Under the pieces are notes generated by a model. That model saw only the letters and a list, made by a program, of their open reading frames with translations. It was not told where the DNA came from and made no database searches. Of a stretch of 47,977 bases of DNA, positions 17,602 through 25,755 are shown piece after piece. The position numbers and the translations under genes were made by a program. Every line of letters begins with the position of its first letter. The stretch's first letter is position 1. The DNA comes from Kofleriaceae bacterium (GTDB lineage Bacteria; Myxococcota_A; Polyangia; Haliangiales; Haliangiaceae), in the NCBI GenBank assembly GCA_046597055.1, contig JBKJLC010000060.1, forward strand, positions 1 through 47,977, given 5' to 3'.

Positions 17602-18993
17602 TCAGATGTTTACGAAGGCCCCGAAACGCGGCAACTCCATGAACGCCGCCGCCGCCGCGGCACGCGGACCGGCCGCGGATGGGTCGATCACGAGCGCACG
17701 CGTGAGTACATTATCCCCGGTCGCTCCGTCCCAGATGCCCTGATTGGCAAGGCGGATCGCGTAGCGAGGATCGTCGGCGAGTGAGGTCGCTTCGTCGGGT
17801 AGCCGGAGCGCCAGCACGTAACTTCCGCTCGCGAGCGGGGAGGGGATGCGCAGGCGCACGGTGAGCGTTGCGTGCGTCCCCGGCGCCCACCGCCGAGCGT
17901 CCGCGTGTGAGATCCGCACGGTGTGGCGAGTCTCACCATCGACGAGGACCAGCTCGACCGGGCGCGGGTTGTACGGCGCGGCGAATCCAACGTTGCGGAC
18001 GTCGAGCTCGAGCCTCAGCTCACCGCCAGGGGCGACCGCCTCACTGTGCGCGACGCGGCCGACGGTGAACCGGTAGCCGAGGCGGCGCTCGATCTCGTCG
18101 GCGCAGCCCTGCGCGACGAAGCCGGCCACGACCGCCGGATGGTAGTGCCGGTTGAGATAGGACCAGTGGAGGCGCTCCATCTCGGCGAGCGCGCTCGCAC
18201 GGTTGGTGCGTGGCGGGTTCACGGCGCAGGTCTCGCCGCCGACGGCGGTGTAGCGGCTGTCCTCGGCCAGGTAGGCCTGCCAGGCGCTGACCGGCACTGC
18301 GTAGGTGCCGAGATCGTCGTCGCTCGCGAGGAAGGCGTCGTTGTGGTGGCCGAGCCGGGCCCGGGCCGAGCCGGTGAAGGCCTCGGCATCGGAGACCGGG
18401 CCGCCCGGCACGTACGCGGCCTTGTACATCGGGGTCCGCACCTGCACGCCGCGCGAGGCGGGCAGGGCGGCCAGGAGTGCGTCGAGGATCGCGGCCCGAT
18501 CGGTCGGGTTCGCGAGGCGGTTGGTCGAGCCGTGCCACTCGCCCCAGGCGCCGATGAAGCCGGCTTGCATGATCGCGATGACGTCGGCGTTGGCGTACAG
18601 CAACGGGGCGAGCTGATCGAGGTGGCCGAGGATCGTTGCTCGCGGCGCGTCGGCGGCGAACGCGGCGTTGTAGCTGAAGCGCAGGATCACCTTGATGCCG
18701 GCGGTGCGGACCTGCTGGAAGCCGCGGTGCAGCGTCGCGAGGAGGCGCGCGTCCAGGGGCCGACGCCGGTGGCGGGCGAGCTTCACGACCGCGATCGCCA
18801 GGGTGTCGCCGCCCATGCGGATGACGCTGGCGTCGCCACCACGACGCAGGTCGTACCCGACATAGAACCCTCGCTCGGGATTCGGGAAGATCGCGTCGGT
18901 CGCGGCGAGGTCGAAGGTGCGCATCGGCCGGGCGCGAAGTGGAGCCCGGGTTGTCTTGGCCGTCGACTCGGGCCAGAGAGGATTGTCCGACAT
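17602..18993 (-). CDS. DUF4874/DUF4832 protein, putative TIM-barrel glycoside hydrolase
   Basis: NPERGF, KVILRFSY, QAGFIGAWGEWH, GHHNDAFLAS, GGET, HWSYLN and LGYRF, followed by a beta-sandwich (N.GFAAPYNPR). Start could be at 18924. Confidence 0.85.
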   Translation of the reverse strand: MSDNPLWPESTAKTTRAPLRARPMRTFDLAATDAIFPNPERGFYVGYDLRRGGDASVIRMGGDTLAIAVVKLARHRRRPLDARLLATLHRGFQQVRTAGIKVILRFSYNAAFAADAPRATILGHLDQLAPLLYANADVIAIMQAGFIGAWGEWHGSTNRLANPTDRAAILDALLAALPASRGVQVRTPMYKAAYVPGGPVSDAEAFTGSARARLGHHNDAFLASDDDLGTYAVPVSAWQAYLAEDSRYTAVGGETCAVNPPRTNRASALAEMERLHWSYLNRHYHPAVVAGFVAQGCADEIERRLGYRFTVGRVAHSEAVAPGGELRLELDVRNVGFAAPYNPRPVELVLVDGETRHTVRISHADARRWAPGTHATLTVRLRIPSPLASGSYVLALRLPDEATSLADDPRYAIRLANQGIWDGATGDNVLTRALVIDPSAAGPRAAAAAAFMELPRFGAFVNI

Positions 18994-19112
18994 GGCACCC
19001 GGCCGTCACCTGGGGCCGCTTCACGCGTGCACCACCGTGCGTTGTGTGTGCGAGAACGCCCAACCGAGCGGCTATGAGACGGTGCAGCACGGGCAAGTGG
19101 GCGCCTGGGCAA

Positions 19113-19128
19113 CGGTCCAGGATCTGCA
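19113..19128 (+). promoter_or_regulatory. sigma54-type promoter candidate for the rightward pel-like operon
   Basis: CGGTCCAGGATCTGCA (GG-N10-GC, ends TGCA), 12 nt before the ATG at 19141. Confidence 0.45.
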
Positions 19129-19140
19129 CTCCGTCGCCGC

Positions 19141-21108
19141 ATGCGGTCATCGCGGAGTAGAGCGCAGCTAATTCGGCCTCATGGGCTCGCTGCTGGTGGT
19201 GCGGCGGTGCTGTGCGCGGCCCTGATCTCAGCATCTCCCGCAGGGGCGGCTCCCGTACCGTCGAGCACGGAGGGCGCGACGAGCGCGACCACCGCGGCCA
19301 GCGCGACCGGCGCCGTGACCGGCACCAGCACGGTCGAGGTCACGGTCGAGGTCTCGGAGCCGAAGTACGACGGCTTCCAGGCCCTGCTCGACGCCGAGGC
19401 GCGCGACGCGCTCGGCAAGGGCGACTTCGGTCGCGCGCTGTGGCTGTTCTCGCGGCTGCTTCACATCGATCCTTATGACGTGCGCGCGCTGCGCGAGAGC
19501 GGCCGCATCGCGCACGCGCTCGGCGAGTGCAACCTCGCCGCCGGCACGCTCCGCCGCGTCGACGAGCTCGACGGCACCGTGCCCGACCCCGAGATCCACT
19601 ACCTGCGCGCCGAGTGCTTGCTCGCGCTCGGCAAGAAGGACGAGGGCTGGAAGGAGTTCGCGCGGGTCGAGCAGGAGCTGGGCGACGGCCCTCACGATCG
19701 CCGCGCCACGCTGTGGCTCGCGCGCATCGCGGTCCTCCGCTCCGACCTCGACAAGGCGGTCCGGCTCTACGAGTCGCTGCTCGAGAAGGATCACCCCGAT
19801 TCGGCGACCTACGCCGAGGTCCTCATGTACGAGGTCGACGCCTATATCCAGGGCGCGGAGTGGGCGACCGCCGAGAAGCTGCTTCGCGACTTCCTCCGCG
19901 ACCAGCCGACCAACCCGCGCGGCCGGGCCCTGCTGGCCTGGGTGCTCGAGAGCCGTGGCAAGGTCGACGAGGAGCTCGCGCTCCGCGCCGAGCTCGCCAA
20001 CGAGAAGGGCGATCGGCCCCAGCAGATCCTGGCGCACGCCCGCGCGCTCGAGCGCGCCAACGACTACTCGGGCGCGCTCGGTCGCTACCGAGAGGCCCAG
20101 GACCTCGGCGTCAAGGAAGCCGCCGATGGCATCCGCCGCATCGAGCGCCGCTATCGCCCCGAGCTCGGCGGCGGGTTCAGCATGCAGAACGACCCGTCGG
20201 GCACGCTCACGGGCTGGCTCGCCGGCGCCGCGGTCCCGATCGGCTCGCGCCTGCGGCTGGCGGTGTCGAGCGCGAGCCAGACCTCGGCCGGTGGCCTCGG
20301 CATGAACGAGCGTTCGTCGACCGCGCTGTCCGGCTGGGGTGTCGTCACCGCTCGGCGTGGCGCGGTTGTCGGGCTCGGTAGCACGGTCCGGCTCGACAGC
20401 GAGCGCGCGGCTCGCGTCGGCGGCAGCGCGATCGTCCAGACCAGCCCGCTCAGCGACGTCCAGCTCCAGGTCCGCGGCGACGCCAACGTCCCGTGGCGGG
20501 AGTCGGCCAGCACGTTCCGCGACGACGGCGTCCAGGACACCGTCGGCGCCCAGCTCTACCTGAAGTCGTCGATCAGCGAGCGCCGCATCCTCGCCAGCGT
20601 CGGCGCCCAGGCCCGGCGGCTCGCGCTCGAGCCGCGGGTGGGGCTGCCGACCGACAAGGCGGTCCAGCTGTTCGGTTCGGCCGGCATCGACGTCACCCTG
20701 ACCAAGCCGTCGGCGCGCGCCGTGCGCGGCGAGAGCTTCGAGAACGAGATGCTCGCGACGCGCGGGCTGGCTTCAGCGGCCGTCGTGTCGTATCGCCACT
20801 ACGAGCTCTCGTCAGACGATCCGTTCGGCGCCCGTCTGGTCCTGGTCGAGCGCAGCAGCATCGACGAGGTCTCGGGCGTCGTCCGGCGGGTGTTCGACCG
20901 CAAGGGCATCGTCGGTGGCGAGCTGCGCGCCGGCGTCGGCTACGACTGGGTCCGATACGTACAGCAGTGGCGCGCCGGCGCGTCGCTGCTGGTTGCCGGG
21001 ACCAACTGGAGCCGGCTCACACTCGACTACGACGTCGCGAGCGAGAGCGGCACGGGCCTCTCCGGTCGTCGTCACCTCGGATCGGTGGTGTTCCATGTCG
21101 ACCTCTGA
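19141..21108 (+). CDS. Exported TPR + C-terminal beta-strand-rich (probable beta-barrel) protein, PelB-like
   Basis: Signal peptide (..SPAGA), several TPR-like repeats, then ~330 aa of amphipathic strands ending HLGSVVFHVDL; first gene of the operon containing pelF and pelG. Confidence 0.6.
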   Translation: MRSSRSRAQLIRPHGLAAGGAAVLCAALISASPAGAAPVPSSTEGATSATTAASATGAVTGTSTVEVTVEVSEPKYDGFQALLDAEARDALGKGDFGRALWLFSRLLHIDPYDVRALRESGRIAHALGECNLAAGTLRRVDELDGTVPDPEIHYLRAECLLALGKKDEGWKEFARVEQELGDGPHDRRATLWLARIAVLRSDLDKAVRLYESLLEKDHPDSATYAEVLMYEVDAYIQGAEWATAEKLLRDFLRDQPTNPRGRALLAWVLESRGKVDEELALRAELANEKGDRPQQILAHARALERANDYSGALGRYREAQDLGVKEAADGIRRIERRYRPELGGGFSMQNDPSGTLTGWLAGAAVPIGSRLRLAVSSASQTSAGGLGMNERSSTALSGWGVVTARRGAVVGLGSTVRLDSERAARVGGSAIVQTSPLSDVQLQVRGDANVPWRESASTFRDDGVQDTVGAQLYLKSSISERRILASVGAQARRLALEPRVGLPTDKAVQLFGSAGIDVTLTKPSARAVRGESFENEMLATRGLASAAVVSYRHYELSSDDPFGARLVLVERSSIDEVSGVVRRVFDRKGIVGGELRAGVGYDWVRYVQQWRAGASLLVAGTNWSRLTLDYDVASESGTGLSGRRHLGSVVFHVDL

Positions 21109-22054
21109 AAAAATCGTCCTGGCCGAGACCGTCGGCGCGTCCGCCCTGGTGGTCGGGTTCATCACCCTGGTGTCGCCGGGCGACGTCTGGCTGCAGTCGT
21201 GGGGCATGCACCCCATGTGGTTCGTCGTCATCTTCATGTCGTCCCGCTACGCGATCCGCGGCCTGTTCTCGACGCTCGCGCTGACCAGCCTCGGCCTGAT
21301 CGCGGCCAGCTACGCGACCGGCGGGTCGATCGCAGGCTTCATCGCCCGCAGCCAGAGCACGCTCGACCTGCTGGCGCTGGCGACGGCGGTGCTGGTGGCC
21401 TGGGTCGCCATGGCGCACGACGGCAAGAGCAGCCGGGTGTCGGAGCGCCTCACCGAGGCGAGCGACGCCCAGCGCCAGGCCGAGCAGAGCGTCCACGCGC
21501 TCCACGCCAGCCTCGGCTACCTGCGCACCCGCCACGATCGCCTCGACGTCTCGCTCAGCCTGTGGCGCAACCTGGCCGGCCGGCTCGAGCGTGGCGATGC
21601 GAGCGAGGCCGCCAAGGCGCTGCTCGAGCTGTGCGAGATGCGCGCGGGCGCGCGGGTGGGCCTGGTCCAGCTCCGCGACGGCAAGCGCCTGACCACGCTG
21701 GCCTGTCGCGGTCACTGGCCGGCGACCAGCCGCCCGAACGAGGACGACAGCGACCCGACCGTGCGGGCCGCGATCGAATCGCGCCAGGTGACCCCGGCCG
21801 GGCCGGGCGCGACCGAGGCGGACAGCGACATCGCGATCCCCGTCATCGACGACGAGAGCGGCGCGGTCGTCGGCATCATCGCCCTGCGCGGCGTGTCGCC
21901 CGACTCCATGCGCGCCGCCGACCTGCGCGACCTCGGCATCCTCGGTCAGTGGGTCGCGCCGGCTCTGGCGCGGGAGCTCCGCCGCCAGTTCCGCAAGGCG
22001 ATCGGCGAGCTCGCGCCGCCGCCACGCCGTACCAGCCAGGTGAGCACGCTGTGA
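21095..22054 (+). CDS. pelD: PelD-like membrane protein (TM helices + coiled coil + GAF), lacking the GGDEF domain
   Basis: N-terminal TMs with P.W......SRYA..GL, a coiled coil, and a GAF-like domain (VRAAIE, IAIPV......VGIIAL, DL..L..L). Ends after the GAF; GTGA-coupled to pelF. Confidence 0.65.
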   Translation: MSTSEKIVLAETVGASALVVGFITLVSPGDVWLQSWGMHPMWFVVIFMSSRYAIRGLFSTLALTSLGLIAASYATGGSIAGFIARSQSTLDLLALATAVLVAWVAMAHDGKSSRVSERLTEASDAQRQAEQSVHALHASLGYLRTRHDRLDVSLSLWRNLAGRLERGDASEAAKALLELCEMRAGARVGLVQLRDGKRLTTLACRGHWPATSRPNEDDSDPTVRAAIESRQVTPAGPGATEADSDIAIPVIDDESGAVVGIIALRGVSPDSMRAADLRDLGILGQWVAPALARELRRQFRKAIGELAPPPRRTSQVSTL

Positions 22055-23604
22055 CCACGCGGACCCCCACCGCCTCCGGCACGAGCGGCACCAGCCTCGC
22101 GAGCAGCCCGGACCTGGCCGACGTCACGCTGATCCTCGAAGGGACGTATCCGTACGTCGCCGGTGGGGTCTCGACCTGGGTCGACCAGATCCTCCGCGCT
22201 TATCCCGATCGCCGGTTTGCTTTGCTGCACATCGGCGCCCACCCGGAGGCGTACGAGAAGCCGCGCTACGAGATGCCCCCCAACGTGACCTCGCTGCACG
22301 AGGTCCACTGCCGCGGCATCGAGCAGACCGGCAAGGCGGTGCCCCGGGTCGAGCTGTCGCCGGCGCGCAAGGTCCCGTCGCGGGTGCTGTCGGCGATCCG
22401 GCGGCTGCACCTGTCGGACGAGGTCGACGACACCCTGCTGGCCGACCTGTCGTCGGGCGACCTGTCGATGAACGAGTTCCTGCACGGCGCCGACACCTTC
22501 AACCTCATCCGCACCGAGCTGTACGACAAGCTCAGCGCGGGCGCGCCGTTCATGGACTTCTTCTGGCACTTCCGGGCGATGCACGTCCCGCTGTTGCGCC
22601 TGATGGCGGCCGAGTGCCCGCCGGCCAAGGTCTATCACGCGGTCTCCACCGGCTATGCCGGCCTGGTCGGCGCGGCCGCCAGCCTCAAGACGGGCCGGCC
22701 GCTGGTGGTGACCGAGCACGGCCTCTACGCGCGCGAGCGCGAGATGGAGCTGTCGCGGGCGACCTGGATCAAGGATCTCGATCACCGCAAGATCGTGGGC
22801 GGCGCGCCCAAGCCGTCGCCGCTGCGCCGGTTCTGGTCGCACTACTTCCGCATGATGTCGCGCATCGCGTATCGGCAGGCGACCCGCCTGGTCACGCTGA
22901 GCGAGGCCAACCGCGCCAAGCAGCTCGCTGACGGCGCCGACGCCGCCAAGATCTCGGTGGTGCCCAACGGGGTCAAGCGGACCTCGGCGATCGGCACGCC
23001 GCCCACCCAGCCGGTGCCGCGCCAGACGCCGGCCGGTCAGCTGCGGGTCGGCTTCGTCGGTCGGGTGGTGCCGATCAAGGACGTCATCACCCTGATCCGG
23101 GCGGTCGCGCAGGCGTGCGAGCAGAACGACCTCGAGGTCTGGATCATCGGCCCGCAGGACGAGGATCCGGCGTACTCCAAGCGCTGCCGCCAGCTGGTCA
23201 CCACGCTGAACCTCGAGGAGCGCATCAAGTTCCTCGGGCCCCAGCCGGTCGCCGAGATCTATCCGCAGCTCGACGTCGTGCTGCTGACCAGCCTCAGCGA
23301 GGGTCAGCCCCTGGTGATGCTCGAGGCCTACGCGGCCGGGCTGCCGGTGATCGCGACCGACGTCGGCGCCTGCCGCGAGATGATCGAGGGCGGCGACGAC
23401 CTCGACCGCCAGATCGGTCCCAGCGGCATCGTGACCCGCGTCGCCAACCCGGCCGAGACCGCGGCCGCCCTGTGTGTCCTGGCCGGTGATCCGGAGCTGC
23501 GCCTCCGCATGGGGCGGAACGCATTTGCCCGGGTGAACGCGCGCTACCAGCTCCAGCACGTGGTCACCCGCTACGAGACGCTCTACGCGAGCATGGAGTC
23601 CTGA
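22051..23604 (+). CDS. pelF: GT4 glycosyltransferase PelF
   Basis: LEGTYPYVAGGVSTW, STGYAG, TEHGLY.RER, GRVVPIKDV, SLSEGQPLVMLEA and TDVGACRE, characteristic of PelF (DUF3492 + GT4). Confidence 0.93.
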   Translation: MTTRTPTASGTSGTSLASSPDLADVTLILEGTYPYVAGGVSTWVDQILRAYPDRRFALLHIGAHPEAYEKPRYEMPPNVTSLHEVHCRGIEQTGKAVPRVELSPARKVPSRVLSAIRRLHLSDEVDDTLLADLSSGDLSMNEFLHGADTFNLIRTELYDKLSAGAPFMDFFWHFRAMHVPLLRLMAAECPPAKVYHAVSTGYAGLVGAAASLKTGRPLVVTEHGLYAREREMELSRATWIKDLDHRKIVGGAPKPSPLRRFWSHYFRMMSRIAYRQATRLVTLSEANRAKQLADGADAAKISVVPNGVKRTSAIGTPPTQPVPRQTPAGQLRVGFVGRVVPIKDVITLIRAVAQACEQNDLEVWIIGPQDEDPAYSKRCRQLVTTLNLEERIKFLGPQPVAEIYPQLDVVLLTSLSEGQPLVMLEAYAAGLPVIATDVGACREMIEGGDDLDRQIGPSGIVTRVANPAETAAALCVLAGDPELRLRMGRNAFARVNARYQLQHVVTRYETLYASMES

Positions 23605-23607
23605 GTC

Positions 23608-25011
23608 ATGGCGGGCATCGGCTGGCGACTGGAACGGATGATCGATCGCGACTCGCTCGCGTCGACGCTGGGCGCATTCCTCACCGGGGTCGCGGTCACC
23701 TCGGGGCCCTGGCTGCTCACGACGCTGGTGCTGGTGCTCATGCGCATCAGCGCGATGAACGCCGGCGTCGAGGGCGTGAACGACGTCGAGCGGATCATCA
23801 CCGTCGTGTACGCGATGGTGATCGTGCTGAGCGCGCCGCTCGACATCGTGCTCAGTCGCTACGCCTCTGACCGCGTCTACGAGGAGCGCCGCGATCGGAT
23901 CGCGGCGCCACTCCAGTGGATGGTCGCCGCCTCCCTCGTCATCTTCGCGACGCTCGGCGCGGTGGCGATGTACGTGATCGACGCGCCGCTGTCGCTCGCC
24001 GTGCCCGGCACCATCCTGGCCGCGGTGGTCGCCGCCCAGTGGCTGCTGCTGTCGGCCGCCGGCGGCCTGTCGTCGCCGGGCATCATCCTGAAGGCGTTCG
24101 CGTTCGGCGCGCCGGTCAGCGTGATCGCGGTCGTCATCCTGTGCCGCCCCGACCTGATGGGCGCTGATGGCTACCTCTACGGCTACGGCGCCGGCCAGCT
24201 GGTGACGCTCACGCTCTTGCTGTGGGGCACGCTTCGCGCGCTGCCCGCCGAGGAGGACGAGACCGCCACCATCCTGCCGGCCTTCCGCGAGTACTGGCTG
24301 TTGTCGGCCGCGGCGCTCGCGTTTCACGCCGGCCTCTGGGTCGACAAGCTGGTCATCTATCTCCTCGCTGGCGGCGCGGTCGCGTCGATGTACGCCTCGA
24401 CCGCGGCGGTCGCCTGGCTGTCGGTGGTGCCGGCGTGTGCCTACCTGTTCGTCACGATCGAGACGGTGTTCCACCGCCGGTTCCGCGCGTACTACGCGGC
24501 GCTCCACACCGGCGCCTCGCTCGGCGAGCTGGAGAACCTGTCGCGCGACCTGCGCATCGAGGTCGCTCGCACCCTGGGCGGGACCGCGATGATCCAGGCC
24601 TGCGTGACGCTGGTGTGTCTGCCGGCCGCGCCGGTCATCGTGCGCTCGCTCGGCCTCGCCAGTGACGGCGCCACCCTCACCTGGCTGCTGCTCGGCGCTG
24701 GCCTGCAGGTGGTGGCCGTGTCGACGACGCTGCTCCTCTACTACTTCGACTTCCGGCGCGAGGCGTTTCTCGCCGCGGTCAGCCAGCTGATCGCCAACGG
24801 CCTGCTGACCGCGCTGGTCGGAGCCCCGTCGGTGCTGATGGGCGCCGGCTACACCGTGGCCTGCGCGCTGACCTGCGCGATCTCGATTGTCCTCCTGTTC
24901 CGGCGCATGCACGGCCTGCTCGAGCGCACGTTCCAGGGCCAGCCGTACGCGTCCGAGGACTACGGGGTGGTCGACGCCGCGCGCGCCCAGGCGCTGCGCT
25001 CGCACGCCTGA
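23608..25011 (+). CDS. pelG: Pel exopolysaccharide transporter PelG
   Basis: MAGIGWRL N-terminus, SGPWL, SRY.SDR.Y, GLWVDK, IET.F...FR.YY and LYYFD; about 12 TM segments; immediately after pelF. Confidence 0.92.
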   Translation: MAGIGWRLERMIDRDSLASTLGAFLTGVAVTSGPWLLTTLVLVLMRISAMNAGVEGVNDVERIITVVYAMVIVLSAPLDIVLSRYASDRVYEERRDRIAAPLQWMVAASLVIFATLGAVAMYVIDAPLSLAVPGTILAAVVAAQWLLLSAAGGLSSPGIILKAFAFGAPVSVIAVVILCRPDLMGADGYLYGYGAGQLVTLTLLLWGTLRALPAEEDETATILPAFREYWLLSAAALAFHAGLWVDKLVIYLLAGGAVASMYASTAAVAWLSVVPACAYLFVTIETVFHRRFRAYYAALHTGASLGELENLSRDLRIEVARTLGGTAMIQACVTLVCLPAAPVIVRSLGLASDGATLTWLLLGAGLQVVAVSTTLLLYYFDFRREAFLAAVSQLIANGLLTALVGAPSVLMGAGYTVACALTCAISIVLLFRRMHGLLERTFQGQPYASEDYGVVDAARAQALRSHA

Positions 25012-25049
25012 CCCGCGGCGGCGCGGCGGGCGCCGCCCGAGCTCTCCGA

Positions 25050-25091
25050 AACGAGCAGAGCCCCGGCAGTGACGCCGGGGCTCTGGTCGTT
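25050..25091. terminator. Likely bidirectional terminator between convergent pelG and the SOD-like gene
   Basis: CAGAGCCCCGGC (25056-25067) / GCCGGGGCTCTG (25074-25085) perfect 12-bp stem with 6-nt loop, extended by AACGA/TCGTT. Confidence 0.75.
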
Positions 25092-25125
25092 CGTGGCGCC
25101 CCGATGGCGAGCGCCGGTTGGCTGG

Positions 25126-25755
25126 CTACTCGGCCGCCTTCAGCTGGATGACGCCGCAGGCGAGGACCGCGCCGCCGCTGCCGGCCTTGTCGTCCTTCTT
25201 GGCGTGGATCGCGATCACGCGGTTCACGACCGAGTCGGGGCGATCAGCCTCGAGGGTCACCGAGTCGGTCGTCATCGCGAACGTCGCCGCACCAGTGTCG
25301 TCGGCGGTCAGGTTGCCGAAGTCGCCGGCGTGACGGATGCTCGACGCGGGCGGGCCGTGCTTGGCCTTGGTCGGGTTGAGGTGGCCACCGGGCTTCTTGC
25401 AGTCGGCGCCCTCGTGAATGTAGAAGGCGTTGACGGCCTTCTTCTTGAGGCCGGTGAATTGACCGTTGATGACGACCTTGCCCTCGGGGTCCTTCTCGAA
25501 GGTGATGGTCCCCATCGAGGTGTCACCCTTGACCGCCTTCAGCTCGGCGGTGGCGACCACCGGCGGGGGCGCGGGCGGCTCCGGCGGGGGCGCCGGCTCG
25601 GGCTCCGGAGTCGGCTCGGGCGTGGTCGGCTCGGGCATCGCCGTGGTCGGGTCGGGCTCGGCGGTCTCGGTCGGGGCCGGCTGACTGGGCCCAGACGACT
25701 TGCCTCCGCAAGCGGTCGCGAGCAGGCACACAAACAACATTCCAATCTGCCTCAT
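25126..25755 (-). CDS. Cu/Zn superoxide dismutase family lipoprotein (degenerate Cu site)
   Basis: Lipobox ATAC, Pro/Glu/Thr linker, FYIHEG.DC..GGHLNP....HG......HAGDFGN, IAIHA..DD and ACGVI; GGAG RBS upstream. Confidence 0.88.
   Translation of the reverse strand: MRQIGMLFVCLLATACGGKSSGPSQPAPTETAEPDPTTAMPEPTTPEPTPEPEPAPPPEPPAPPPVVATAELKAVKGDTSMGTITFEKDPEGKVVINGQFTGLKKKAVNAFYIHEGADCKKPGGHLNPTKAKHGPPASSIRHAGDFGNLTADDTGAATFAMTTDSVTLEADRPDSVVNRVIAIHAKKDDKAGSGGAVLACGVIQLKAAE

Noticed and set aside
17602..18993. Calling the DUF4832 gene pelA
   Set aside because: Too short, no deacetylase domain, and its motifs are those of DUF4874/DUF4832 rather than PelA.
14800..19250. Slightly more A/T-ending codons suggesting a horizontally acquired island
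   Set aside because: Only a visual impression; no integrase, transposase, tRNA or flanking direct repeats. It would need a sliding-window GC3 or codon-usage test.
21946..25005. 1019-aa minus-strand ORF, and similar long ORFs such as 169-2178(+), 11-1903(-), 8390-10435(+), 28595-30682(-) and 39504-41591(-)
   Set aside because: Shadow or off-frame ORFs over well-supported genes; Arg/Gly/Ala-rich, motif-free translations are expected from stop-codon scarcity in very high-GC DNA.
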